From Phoronis australis (lineage: Eukaryota > Animalia > Phoronida), in the NCBI GenBank assembly GCA_002633005.1, contig NMRA01000148.1, forward strand, positions 372,001 to 436,000: a stretch of 64,000 nt of DNA, written 5' to 3'. The position numbers and the translations under genes were made by a program. Of the stretch, positions 1 to 13,700 are shown piece by piece (position 1 is the stretch's first letter; each line of letters begins with the position of its first letter). The notes under the pieces were generated by a model, which saw only the letters and a list, made by a program, of their open reading frames with translations, did no database searches and was not told the origin of the DNA.

Positions 1-488
1 TATAAATATGTGGGTGCATAAAAATTAATATTATGGGCGTTTTCAGCTGAAACCAAGTCCAAATCTTAACCACCATAGCTCGAGGTGAACAATGCTAGTC
101 AACTACTACAATCGAACTGAAACTAACTATGGTTGGACCCTGCTGCCAACTAAGGTTAGTCTAGTCACAAGATGACATCCCCGGGCAGTTACAGGTAAAC
201 TGAATAATTTCATAATCAACAAACTGTAAACATGGAAAATATGCATTTACTGAAACAATAACAAATGTTCAATTGTTTGTTAAATGCACGCTGCTTTACA
301 ATGTAGGTCAGCTTATTTGATTATGAATTTATACAAAATTATAGTCTGGATCTACAAGCCAAAGGTAGCCACCTGCTTGCTTTAATACATATAGGTTTGT
401 TTCCTTTCCGGATGACCCATAGTTCGTGACGGGAAATAAGCTTGTATAAATAACAAGCACATTACAATATTAACACAACTCAGCATAC

Positions 489-3400
489 CTTGTTCCCATT
501 GAAGTATTCCCCTCCAAACATGATCAGCTCATCTCTGTCAGGGTGAGCAGTTAAACTCATATTGCACCTACAAAAATAACAAGCTATTTCAATGGTAAAT
601 TCTTTAACTTGAGGTACTTCATTACAGGCGTGGTCTCAGAAAAGCCAGCTAAGTCATTATTTCCTTATTGGCCTAAACAGCATAATTCTGTCTACTGATT
701 GGCTAATTTCTGTGCATAACATCCAGCTTTAGCCCACTACAGCAAGTCACAAGAGGAAAATACCTGTTTAGGATTGCAAGGCTCCATGCATAATGTCAAG
801 TCGCCAAACGGGAACTTAGGTCGCTAAACCCTGTTGGCAAGAGTTGGAATTGAATTCAACAAGTGAAAAGATGGTGATTCTACTAATGTCCATCAGTGAA
901 CACAAGACTGTTTTGCTCGAACAGAAAATTAGAAGCGTCCCAAGTGCACAGTAACTATCAATTTCCTCCTTTGGGCCCAATATCCTATGCGTAAGTCCAC
1001 ATCTTTAGGCACATTTATTTTATTTATTTATTCAAACTTCTTTAAAAGATTGGGCGACCACTTCAGTCAATACACTGATTTTCAAGTGGGCCCAGTCGGA
1101 AAAAATTACATGAAGTAAAATGCAGAGAGCTATGTGCAATTAGATCGAAAAGATTAATAAATAAAATATACTAGTTATAAAAATTAGTTAAAATGTACAA
1201 TTAGATGAATAAATAAGATAATGATGAGCTCAGGTCTACAGTCCCGAACAGCACACAAAGTGCCAGTAATTCTGTTTGAAGACGCGGACATTTGACGCGT
1301 TCATGGTGGCAGTCCCCAGCCCATTGTAAGCGACAGCACCTCTGTAGGCAAAAGTTCTTTTGCCACAATTGTTTTTAAGAGCACGTCCACGAATGGACCA
1401 GGCAAAAAGTGATAAAGGCTATGTCACGGATTTCCTCGATTGTTTGCATGATGGTAGGGGTGGATACCCCAACCTTCATACCAACATTAATTTTTTTGCG
1501 TGCGCCACCTTGTGGTTGCTATGGGAACGTGTTGTTTTTCTGCCAATTCCAAGCCTCGTTACAGCTACATTTTGGCACTTTTTGCGAACTTACCTTGAGA
1601 ACAATAGTGCAAAATGAAACACTTCAAGTTTATCACTGAATTGGGGTGTCTTTCAACTTGCCAGTCATAGAAAATACCAAGGTTTCAGTTACATCTTAAC
1701 CGTTTTTGAAGGCTACCAGTTTAGCTAGTTTGTGGTGATTCCAAAATGTTGAAAATTGCCCTACTTCCTGTCTCAATATCTCAGCTGAAGCCAAATTTAA
1801 AACAACAAAACTACAACCAGTGTTTAGATTGATCTTAGCTCTACAAAATAAAACTATAAAAAGTCTAGGCAATCACCCTTCTTCATACCGCTTCGGGCTC
1901 TAGAAGTAGGGCACCTCACCAAAATTATGCAACTGGCCAATGTCTGCATAGTAACACATGTATGCGAGGATTCAAAATACAGTTTTGAAATCTTAAAATG
2001 GGCGATCGAACATATCAAGAGAGCTTTAATTTTGTTGCTTTACAGAAAATAATGAGAAGCACAACAAGGCACGTTGGTTTCCTTTGATCCTGACGAAAAC
2101 GATGCCAATAGCATGTGCATATACACACCGTTTCAAAATGCAATGAGTAAAAAATGTCTAAAGTAAGTCTTCAGTTACACATAACTGGGAACTCGAATTC
2201 TGAAATTTTAATGTGTGGGTCTGATTGAAATTTAGTTTTCTAATGTACTCGAAGTCGGTTGATCGTGTCCCCAAGCATCTCAATTCAACGAATTTTACAA
2301 AAAAAAAACAATAATAGGTGTATTGGGCCGTTAGGAGACAACTGCATCTCCATGCAGTGTACATCACCAAACCCGAATAAATCAAAGTAGTTAGTCATAA
2401 AAAAGAGATGTATTGAAATGGTATTTGTTAGATGCTGTGAAATAAGGTTAGAAAAACTGATCTTATAAGGATAGTCGACTACCGGTGAAATTGGCGTTGT
2501 TGAATAACTTTTCTTACGCTTCTCATTCGAGAAAGTCCCCGAACAGCACACGCCCAGATGTGCATATGGATGTCTGAATATTCTCGCAATATGGATACCA
2601 ATGTTTTTAGTTTTCACCGACAACGCATAGAATGATGTATTTGCGGAAAGTTTATAGACATTTTCATAAAAAAAACAGGAAACCGAATATTTCACAGGTA
2701 AGATAGCAGAAAAATCAGTTCAGATGTTTTTTGCATCTATCACAGCTTCAATGGCGGATTCCAGGAGGGGGCCAAGCGGGCCATGCCCCCCTAAAATTCT
2801 CCCAGATGCCATTTGTCAGTTCGGGGTGCTAATTGCTGACTAGCATATGCGCGCACCCAGGGGGCTCCGTGGACGAATGCACAATGCATTGGCCTTGAAC
2901 AAACCCTGTTTACCGGATTTTTTTAGTAATAAGGTCCACAAACCCAAAAATTCGAGACCCCTGCATCCCTACATTTTAGGGTGGGCGCGCGGATGAGGCG
3001 AAATTCTGTGCCCTGCCCCCCAACTCAAAATCCTGGATCCGCCCGAGTTTAGTATGGGTATGCAATGGTGTTTGGTGCTTACCATCAGTCAGACTCCAAA
3101 AATTCAGAAGTCTCGAGACTAATACATGTAGTGTCAGCTACTTCATTGAAAAATCATAAGACAATTCATGTGCAGCAAAACGAAAATAAAACACACAAAG
3201 TTAACATTCAGACTGCATATAGGTGAACTTGGGTAATCCTGCAAAGAGATTTTGGAACAAAGTTGGGCAATATTTAAAAACTGTTCTGATTTAAATTATT
3301 GTTTATTATGTTAGACATAGAGATGCAGCAGAGCAGGTTATACTGTACTTATGTAGCAAAACGATAAGATAGCCAAATATTAAACAAAAACCAAAATAGT

Positions 3401-6400
3401 TTAGAGAATAGTAATACTATATTGAGGCTGATATAGGACACAGGCAAATTACACGACATAAATCAAGTAAATAGAAAAGAACAANGTGCTTCAATTGCTT
3501 GCTGCATGGTTTCGATATTCCTTTGAAGCTCCATAAGCCAGATTTGAAGGATTATGCCAACGAACACACTATATTACTACTTCAACCACCTCGTCAGCCA
3601 TTTTTTCTTCAGTGATATCAGAGACACCTGAAGGGCTCTTAATCAAAATGGTAATTCACAGTAAAAAAAAAAAAAGATACTAATTTTATATAATTTTATT
3701 TGCTAAGAAATAAGCCCAATAATTTAACAACCATTTGAGCACTTTTAAATCTCAAAACTCAACATTTTCGATGACTAGTAGCTATTGTCACAAGTGCTCA
3801 CTTTGGCTGAGGTGGCTGCGAACAATTGCTCATTACTATATGAAGACGGGTGTTCGCCGTGGTTTTGATGCCAAATATCTATTCTACTAAGATAGATCAA
3901 ACCCGCGATTAAGTTTCAAAGAGTAAAATTTGGCTTCAGCTGAGATTGACTCATTCAAACCTGGGCAAGTTATCCATGTTTTCTGCTTGTATGACCCCAT
4001 GACCCTTCAAACCCCAAAATGTTGAATTTTAGGTGCAACTTGACACTTTTATTTTTCATTTTTAGGAAGACAATGGATGAATTTATACAAAACAGTAGCT
4101 ATTTCATTTTCTAGCAGCTTCTGTAATTTCCTACAATGTCACAAAAACTTTGATTATTGGGGTAAGTTCTGATAGTGGTTTTCAGTGAAAACTGATGTAC
4201 CCGACTTTTAAGCTACCTAACGCGATAGAATTTGTTTAAAGTGCATTTTAGTAATTACCATAAGCAAGTAAACAAAAATGCATAATATGATCCAAATCCG
4301 TCACATAGGGTTTATCACCCCTGCATGGATTTTTGCCTGGTCTGAAGTGTACTGCACTCTTAAGTTTATCTGGTACCAGGCAGCCAGAAACACTCACTCT
4401 AGTATTGTAATTGTGAGAATCTCTGACTGCTTTGAATTTAGTAGTGAGGTAATTAGGTGTGAGGCTATGTGTGGCTTTGTACACCATAAAGTTTAAATGA
4501 AAGGCATGCCTGTTAACCAGGCTGCATCAACCAAGTGTATCGAGGTCAGCAATAGGAAAGTCATTATAAAGGCCACTATAGTTGAGTATCAGCCTCCAAG
4601 CCTTGTTTTGTAATTTTTGAAATCTATCCCAAAGGTATGATGCACAGTTACCCCACACAACGTCACAGTAATCAAAGTGTGGTACAATAGACTCTTGTAC
4701 AGTCTGAAGAGTAGCCTGATCGACATAGCTTCTGACTCTCTACAAAAGCCCAATCCGCTGACAAACTTTTTTGCACACATACTCAACATGTTTGTCTCAT
4801 GATAAATTATTATCAGTCATAACACCCAGATATTTATGAACATGATCAGGCCCTTCCGATTCCCTCTCTTTTCTTCCCATAGTATTTTAATAAGAGCTCG
4901 GATGTACAATGGCGACTTCGTGAAGACCTGGAATTTTAACCAAACAAAACCTGAGGTTGCATTGGCGACCTTTTAATCGAGCCCTAGGTAGGCTGATTTC
5001 AAAGGCTAGCTCCTTACAGTATGTGCACATAACTAGTTAGTGTCTTAATTGAGTGATGACTGGGAATATTGTTACTTCACAAAAATACTGTTGGTAGTGT
5101 ATAATGCATATTGCACAAAAATTTAATTACGGAATCAGCTGTACAGGGACATCTGGGCCTAGGGTCCAATCTCCAATCTCAGACTCACTTCAAGAGTCAA
5201 TCATGCCACACTCTTAGAGGGCAAATTTGTAAGTTTACTTGAAGACTACCATGTGATTGGTAAATTTTCGAGCTGAGTTTCAAATATTTACAGAAATTAG
5301 ACTCTGGAACCTGTGGTGCATTCCACAGTGCAAAGTTCTTATAAGTCTTCTGAGATCACGCAAGTGAAAAACAAAGTTACCAGCGCAGACCAGCAAAATG
5401 GCCACCACTGAAGTGATTGGACAGCAAGACTAGAATGCTGAATTAAAGTCCCTATTTCTATTCCATAACACAAGATTTCTCACGGCAAGTATCTCACAAG
5501 TGACTAACAATATGGAATGCAGCCAAGATGTCATAATTTACTAAAGATGACGGATACACAAAACACTCTCATTGCAGCTGGTTACCTTGGAGACGGCTTG
5601 CATCGCTCCTCAACTACTTGAGCTACCTTCTTGTCCCTAGCCTGGAACTCCGCAATCAAGTTTTCTATGTCATCCTGTAAATGGATGTACCCATCACATC
5701 TCAGACAGTAAATGTTCTCCAAATAAATCATAAAGCAGCTCACATTCATGAAAACAGCAGGTGTTGTACAGGCATTCTTAAAACAATGTTTGCAAAACAA
5801 AGCTCAGACGTACATTTTATTTTAATTACATTTTATTTTAATTAAAACCTCTGCTAACTGATTGTTAAGTATGGCAAGGGAATCACAGTCTCAGAAACTT
5901 GTCCTTGCTCATTTGAACTGCGCACTGGTTGACTGGGATTACAATGATCAAAGGGGCACTTTTGTTGGAAACGAAGTAGAAAAATAATCTCGAGTTAGTG
6001 AATGAGTCACAGACGCAACAAAGTGTCCGATGTAAATTCATTAGCCCAAGTTTGCCATGATTTGAGAAAAATTATTTCTAAAATCTATATAAACCAGCCT
6101 TTAGCCTTTTTGCATTGGCACGAAGTTTCAGTCAGTCAACACAATCCAGGTGCCCACCATGCGTGTACCTGAAACCAATTTTGTTCTTTTGAGAATGCTG
6201 TAACACCTGAGGATGGCCAGAGAACTGGCTAACTGAAACATCGTGCCAATTTTAATAGGCTAGAGTTGATGTACATAGACCAATAGATTTTAGAAATGAT
6301 GTTACTGTTTCAAAGCGTGTAGAAATCTGCACCATGTAAGAATATTCCTACATTCTAAAAGACAATGCAGGAATTCCTACATTATACAACAATGTAAGAA

Positions 6401-7318
6401 TTGCAACAATCTTTCTGGACGTGATATCAAAATCCTTTTAAACATATGGTAAAATGAAACGTTTGTCCTCCCTCATTTTACATAGCAGAAATGTGTTAAT
6501 CACATTATATTGTTGAGAAACGAAATAAGCTCTCAAAGGATATGTTACCTTTTTGAAGGCATTTTTGGTCACTTTGGCACATTTCGCATACTTTGGACCT
6601 TTTTATTTGTGTTTATAAATGCAAACAGCCCAGTAGACTAAAGATCATTAGTACAACTGAGTACATGGCGGAACTGATCTGTGTGAAAAATTAAGATTTA
6701 AACAAGTTTCTGAACTTTGGGGTCAGAAATCCATATGCTACGGTTATTTATAAAACATACAATTGATTTTTAAACTTGCCAAAGGCGAACATTGGATTCA
6801 TACTTTGTGCAAAGACAACCATATAGATATTATGCCAAGGGCCCCACAACTGCGGGAGCCTCACACAGATCCACGTGATTTGTTGGAAAGGTTGTAAAGT
6901 TCAATTGTGTTATCTGTTGTTAACTGGGACAGGGTTACCGGTCGGATTCATTCATTGTTTCTGTTGCATAAGCAAATATTTCTGGCCAAAACTGCTTTGT
7001 GTTTTGGCTCTTCACAACTCATACAGTCTCCTGCAGGATGTAGGAATATTCCAACATGGCGCAGATTCTTACGTGGTTCGGAACACCTCAACTACACACA
7101 GTGACAGTCACCACGAACTACACGAGTCACAATCATGACTGTCACAACTAGCGTGTAGAAAAATTGGTTCATATTTCATCACCGACAATCATGATTTGAA
7201 TATACACCTCTCCCTTTTCAGCAAGTGATTTCTTTGCCTTTTTGGCGAGATTTTTCTCAGTCTTGAGAGCGGTTTTTTCAGCTCCTTTCCCCTTCTTTTG
7301 CTTCTGTTTCTTCCCCAT
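489..7318 (-). CDS. KLHDC4: Kelch domain-containing protein 4, 5' part (coding exons 7208-7318, 5586-5674, 489-567; continues past the left edge)
   Basis: Spliced translation MGKKQKQKKGKGAEKTALKTEKNLAKKAKKSLAEKGE/DDIENLIAEFQARDKKVAQVVEERCKPSP(R)/CNMSLTAHPDRDELIMFGGEYFNGNK matches the KLHDC4 N-terminus (MGKK...GAEKTA...PSPR...HP..DELILFGGEYFNG). GT-AG junctions, phases 0, 2, 0. Confidence 0.93.
1014..1400 (-). mobile_element. 3' end remnant of an L2/CR1-group LINE with (TAAA)n tail
   Basis: Minus strand encodes CGKRTFAYRGAVAYNGL...VFKQ, typical of the LINE ORF2 C-terminus. It is followed by a 3' UTR and a TAAA-repeat tail (tttatttatttatttatt at about 1014-1032). Confidence 0.6.
2753..3044. 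mobile_element. Small MITE-like element with GGCGGAT(T/C)CAGGA terminal inverted repeats
   Basis: ggcggattccagga at about 2754 and tcctggatccgcc at about 3031-3043, with a GC-rich interior in AT-rich flanks. Confidence 0.55.
4330..4800 (-). pseudogene. Decayed L2/CR1-group LINE ORF2 C-terminal fragment
   Basis: Frameshifted pieces LFRLYKSL..PHFDYCDVVWG-like and MVYKATHSLTPNYLTTKFKAVRDSHNYNTR. Confidence 0.65.
6074..6297. repeat. ~220-bp imperfect palindrome with a degenerate hammerhead-like core
   Basis: Paired arms: atttctaaaatctat 6074-6088 with atagattttagaaat 6283-6297; attggcacga with tcgtgccaat; gtttcagt with actgaaac. CTGAGGA-stem-GAAAC lies at 6207-6239. Confidence 0.55.
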
Positions 7319-7707
7319 TTCGCACACCACACATGTGTCAGTCGGAATCCTTCTTCACTAGCGTTACCTTGTGGCCACGTTAGAAACCAATTTAATTAAA
7401 AAGTTTTTTTCTCATATAGCTAGTAAACGCCTCTGACGTAATTCTGGTATGATAAGATAATGCAAGCGAAGCACTTAGAGACAATGTGTGAATGTTAACA
7501 CATTGCTGAATTTTTTATTGCTGATTCTATGTTTTTTCGCAAATGGGAATCGGGAAAATTGAACCAATCAAATTATCTCTGAGCGATGGGTGCAAGGAAA
7601 ATACCCGTATGTTGTGGATAGATGATCGCATTTTGAAGAAATTCATGGGGATATTTAATACGCAATTCAGCACCAGTTGCTGAAAACTAGTAATAGTTTG
7701 TGCCACC
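7319..7707. promoter_or_regulatory. Putative bidirectional promoter / 5' UTR region shared by KLHDC4 and the ZCCHC14-like gene
   Basis: Divergent ATGs are only 390 bp apart. The ZCCHC14-like ATG has a perfect Kozak context (GCCACCATGG). A CRE-like TGACGTA lies at about 7434. Confidence 0.6.
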
Positions 7708-10700
7708 ATGGTGTGCAAGGAAGAAGTTTTAAACTGGTACAAGCTGCTAAGTCCTTCAAAACGTATTGAAGTTATGTGTGGCCTGTTACATATGTGCATT
7801 CCACTGGAGCTAAGATTTCTGGGCTCCTGCCTGGAAAACTTAGCGAGAAAAGATTTTAGCATGTTGAGGGAAGCAGAACTCAAAGCCAACAGTCCTATCG
7901 AAATAGGAAGAGTGAGTGATATGCAGTCGGAGGTGTCCCGTGCTCGCCTGGTCACTTACTTGGCTTTACTTCATTCAACAAATCACGAGTGTGCCAATTT
8001 AGTTTACAATCACATTCTGACCTGTGTGGAATGGAGCACCAGAACGTTACCTATGATGGATCCTGATCTAGCCAAGGAGCTCTTACTCATGATGACTATG
8101 GCAGCAAATAGTCCAGCTTTTACATTTGATCAAAGACAGATAATATGTGACCATATAGTCACTTTAAAGAATTTATTTTATAACTACATTTATCAGGTGA
8201 GTACAAGTTGTGTGTGAACTGCCAGAAACTCATGTTTAAACTGATTTTTAACATTTTTTTTAAATCTAAAACAATGGAAATGTTCTGAAAATCAAATTCA
8301 ATTTAAATGATGTATTTGAATACTGGTAGTCTAAATTTACAACCACTTGGTTTACCTTGTGATTGCTAATCTTTTGTAATTGGATCAATATACTCTGGCA
8401 AGACCTCATAACAACTATGTAATGAGGAAACGATGAAAGTCATCTAGAAACAAACGGGAATGTTGTATATCAACTGACAATTTCATATTATAGGAAGAAT
8501 GTAGTGAGCAGTGTGTACACAATCAAAGACAAACAAGTGATTCTAGGCCGGATGGTGGGAACACTGAAGCTGGTGAGATGCGTCGCTTTTATTTGTCAAT
8601 GAATGAAAGCCATCATTGGCCGAATTCATATTGATCTGATTTACTTTAAAGTTGTTTTTTGTATTTTCTAAGAATTCTGACAATACTCATTGCTCTCTTT
8701 TATTGGCAGTTTAAATCTATCATTCACTCAGATTTGATAATGCTCATCACAGATTGTAAAGTTTCTATTTTTGTAAGTAGTAATAAGTAAGTAATTTTTT
8801 TATTATAGTGACATGTGTTCAAATTTATTTAAACAATGGATACGGTACAAAACAGGAACACCCAGCTCTCCATGGGGCTTATAAGTCACTTAATATACAT
8901 TGTGCAAACAAGAAAAACAAGTATACACGCATTGCAAGAGGACCAAAAAGAGAACACAGATATAAGAGTGATCACAACCGTATCAATATAAATTTTTCCT
9001 TACTTCAAAAATATTTTTGATGAAAAGCGAAGTTTTTCTGAAAACATCTTTTTGCATGATTGTAATTAACATATTTTCACAGCTTTCTGCAAGAAATCGT
9101 TAATATTTAATCTCAACTTGACAATAAAAGGTGTTTTTGGCATCTAAGAACAAACTGACAGTCAAACAGAAAGTGCACTTCAATTTTGACCTGACCAGTG
9201 TGACAAAGACAGCAAATTCTATCATCAAATTCTGGAAAACAAAAACACCCAACCTCAACCAATAGCTGTAGGGTTCCGGTTCTAATTTGAGCAAGAATTT
9301 ACCTACTAGGCCGAGTTAAGTCTTAATGCACGCAAGGCTCAACTTCAAAAACATTCTTCATCAAAACATAGGTTCTTAACTTTGGTTTTCTACAGCATTC
9401 AAACAACAAGCCAAATCATGTAAAATATTCTCACAGTGAGAGAAATTTTAACTGAACGTAAGTTATGAAAACAATGCGACATCCCTAATTCTTCAAAAAT
9501 GTTCAAAACTTCAGAAGGCCAATTATTAGTACAAGTAGTGTAGTCCCACCAAAATATTTGATATGTTAGTCTACCTTCCTTGAAATTAATAACACGATTC
9601 CACATTCTCAAAAGCTTCTGTACCTCATATTTTTATTCTTTTTAAATTTATTAATTAAATCGCCCAAAGCTCTTCTAGCAGATTCGGACAGAGTTTTAGC
9701 AGTTTCAGAAAACTTCAAATGTTCATTTAAAATTATCCCTAAATATTTATAATTGGTTCATATTCTAGGTCTAGTCAACCCAACCGAAATGGATATAGAA
9801 TATGAGAGACATGCTTGGATTTGAAGTGAATAATATTAGTTTTTTCCTGATTGACAATTAGCCTCCATTTAGAGCACCATTGATTGTCAACTACCCGGTG
9901 TATTCAATAAACCCTGTATATTTTCTTCCCTCTTGGCTAGTACCACTATATCATCCGCATAAAACAAAGATGAAACATCAGCACCCATAGGAATTCCTAA
10001 ATTTGACTGTTTTAATTCCGTTGCCAAATCATTTATGAATAGTGCAAAAAGAGTAAGTGATAAAACATCTGCTTGTTTGACCCCACAAGGTGTATAAAAC
10101 TAGTCCGTAAAGGTATTATTAATTTTAACACAGGATTGAGTTTTGGCATAGATATTTTTAATCGATTCATATAACTTTCCAACTATCTTCAGATCCAGCA
10201 TTTTAAAAAGTAAACAATTTCCATCTACCCAGTCAAAAGCTTTTTGCATATCAATAAAAGTCGCAAATGTGGATTGTTTGTTATTCAAGCGGTTACGTAT
10301 AACTGAGGTCAAAACAAAGACATGATTAACACTCGCTCTGTCACAACGAAAGCCATTTTGCTCATCAACAAGGACCCCATTTTCTTCCGCGTACTCAACC
10401 AATCTATTGTTCAGTACACTACTACGGTATACAACTTGTATACGTTGGACAACAAGTTGATACCTCTATAACTCAGGGGGACGTGCGGGTCCTTCTCTGA
10501 CCTCTTTGGAATTGGCATAGTAACGGATTTATCCCGTGAGCTAGGAACCATGCCGTAACGAAAAGCCATTAATTAATGTTAAATGCTTGAAAGTTTAGTA
10601 AATGCTTACATAAAAGAATTTGTTCTATTAATATCAATGCAACAGGAGTTACAGAAAGTCAAACATTTCACATGGGAAAAGTTCCATACATTAGTTGATT

Positions 10701-13700
10701 CCTGCATGACCGATGTCTTGTTGACAATACAGTCTCTGATTACTATAAAATCTCAACAGTTTTGGAAAAAAATGATTGTCAAAATTTACCCTTTCATTTT
10801 CAAGGGCTTTCAACATTGTTGTATGTCCCTATTGTGTGATACAAAACCTGAAATTGAAATGCATTATATTTGATGCTGTCTATGTTGCATTGAAAAAATG
10901 ATTAAATGAAATTTCACTAGTTGATTCTATTGTGTTTTATGTTAAATTGGAGAGATTTTACCACATTTTTTATTTAAGATTTTCTGTTCATAACTGTAAA
11001 ATTCTTGATTCATGGAGTGTTAATTGACTGATCAATTTCTTAAATGATTGCTCATCAGGTTACCACGAAAGAAACTTATTAACAGAAAGGACCATATTTC
11101 TTTAGTTGCTGACTGGTAACTCTTCACCTATTTTAAGGCGCACGTGGCAAACACAAATCCGTGTTTTGTCAAAATTCTCGGAATAATAACTTTACGGAAA
11201 CTGCATCATTTGCAGCTAGGTTTATACATTACAGGTGATTTTTTTGCTATTTTATAACAATGTTGTTGTCCTTTGAAAAATAAACAATGTCCTAGAAAAA
11301 CACCGTCCGCTGAAGTGATTGGTCAGTACGGTTGAAATCTTGAATTGGGATTGAATTTTTATTTAAATTATAGAATAGAATTCACTGTTTCTGTTTTATC
11401 AGCAAACATTTTTCCTCGCAAGTAACAGCTATTGTCGGAATATATTCCTGGCCCCTGTTTTGAAATTATAAACACCTCTCGTCAACTGAACTCTTCAGCT
11501 AAAGTAGACTTTTTGAAATTCGTTTGAACTAGAGATGTCATATTCACCAAGCCTTGCACATAGGCTTGTTAGATTATTATGCTTATTACAGTGTGCTACT
11601 TACAATACTTTCCAATCTCCACTTATTTCACATAAAAATAATTGCCAAAATTGTCATTTTTCAAAAGCTGATTACTTTTTGGCAAATTATGGGATTTTAT
11701 CAAATGGTATTTTATGATATCTACACATGACAATCTGTACTCGAAACAGACTACAATGTTCTTAATCTTTCCTTTTGTGGAGAAATTTAACAAAATAAAA
11801 TTTCATTTGTCAGCCATATTGTGTGCTAAATAAGTGTAACATTGCCGTAATTCAATGTGCTATTCATTACAATGTGCTACTTATTACAGTGTCTTGCTCA
11901 TTTCAATGTTCCATTTATCGCAATGATTGCAGTATGCTGTTTATTATAATGTGCTGTTTGGTACAAGGCGCTGGTTATTGTGTTTCAGTATATATTCAGG
12001 GAATCAAGATGGTAGGACATCAGAAGAGGCCGGAAGATGGACTGTGTGAATATCACCTAAAGGTAAATGAGTTTTGCACTTGTTGCCACACACTGGACGG
12101 TACTTTTCTAACTCGCTTTGTGACATATTAAAGTTCGAAAATTCCTTGCATCTCATTTCAGTTTGCGCTTCATTAATTCTTGTTCGTGTCACTGCCACAG
12201 CGCATAGTGAGAAAAAATCAGTGGATCTGCAACAACTAGATTGGTTATTCTCGAAAATTACCAGACATGAAATTTTTTCCAATTAGACTCCGTCTCGAGA
12301 TGAAGTAAATGGAATACTTCTTTTAGAAACATCTGAAATATGTTTACTCCAACATTCAAATTTGCCCCCGTCTCTGTACAACATGTTATGACAAGGCATG
12401 TCATCAACCACTGTACGGCTTGTCAGTCGTACCTTTACGATGCCTTGTTCCAGTGCAAACTGACCGAATGTTTTCAGGCAGAATTTCCTAATTTGCACTT
12501 AGTGTCCTCCATAACGCAGACACAACAGCTGTTTCAATATCACAAAGCTTAATTAATATAGCAGTCTAAATTAAAGCCTGGCCCCTGGCTCTGGTGAACT
12601 GAAGTACTTCGTGCTTAATTCTATCTTTTATTTTTGGGGTGAAGTAAGAGTTGATTGTTCTGTAGTTACATAGAGGTCTCTCACAGGCCGTAGATTGATC
12701 ATATTCAACATTGGTGCTTCGTTTTCATGAACTCTTGTAAAGGATCATGAGTTTGTTTACAATGCCTCGTTTTGAAACATGAATTTACCCGGAAGTAAGT
12801 GCATGCTGTAGTGTGATGAATATCCAGTGACACGAACACAGAAGGGTAGCTTTTGCACGTATTTATTTATGTTCAGTGTTTTTTTATGAAGTTAGATTGA
12901 AAATGCCTTTATACCTTAACAAAGAGAAAGTTTAATTTTGGATTTTTTCGGTACATATCTTCACATGGTCAATTGTGACGCTGACACACAGGCCATTTTT
13001 ACACACTTTATAATTCAACTTGTTTGTTTATGTAACTTGTGCCATGTTTGTGCTTCATGTCATACAATCTGTGCTGGGTATTAAAGGAGAATGCCACTCG
13101 ATTTAATTAGTCTTTTTTATAGTCTTAATCAGTCTATATCCACATCGCATCTTATACGGTCAACCTCACCTAGTGGAGAGGTGTCGTGTTAACTTGTGAG
13201 GAAGGGGAGAAACGACGCAGCGACGTCAGTGGTTCATCTGCAGAGTGAATGCCACTATATTGCGTTGCATCGTTCCTGCTTGTCTGAACTATGAAGCTGC
13301 GAAGAAAGCGGGTGTATCGTTTTTTCGACTTCCTTGAGACCCCAAAATGCTTAGGAAGTGGCTCGAGGTAGCGAAGAATGAAAAGTACGCTGTTAATAGC
13401 AAATATGAGGCCGTGAAACATCTCCTTGTCTGTGGTCGGCATTTCGTCGACAGTGATTTCTCTGACGAATTCCGGCTTACCAAAGAACTATCCATACGTT
13501 CCGTTGCCTGTGCATGTTCACAGCGCATCTCATAGTATTTCTTGATCAGTGTATTCCGGTTCAAACTGATAGCCTGTGAAACCTAACGATCCGACCCGTG
13601 AAATCTTCGTCGGATGAGCTCTCGACTAAATCGGGATTGGCACCGGGTAGATATTTATTATTCTGCGTTCTGTTTCAAAGTGAACTATTCTCACCCTAAC

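Noticed and set aside
11059-11115. Possible extra ZCCHC14 exon (cag|GTT...CTG|gtaac)
   Set aside because: The phase-1 frame required by the flanking exons contains a stop, and the model is complete without it.
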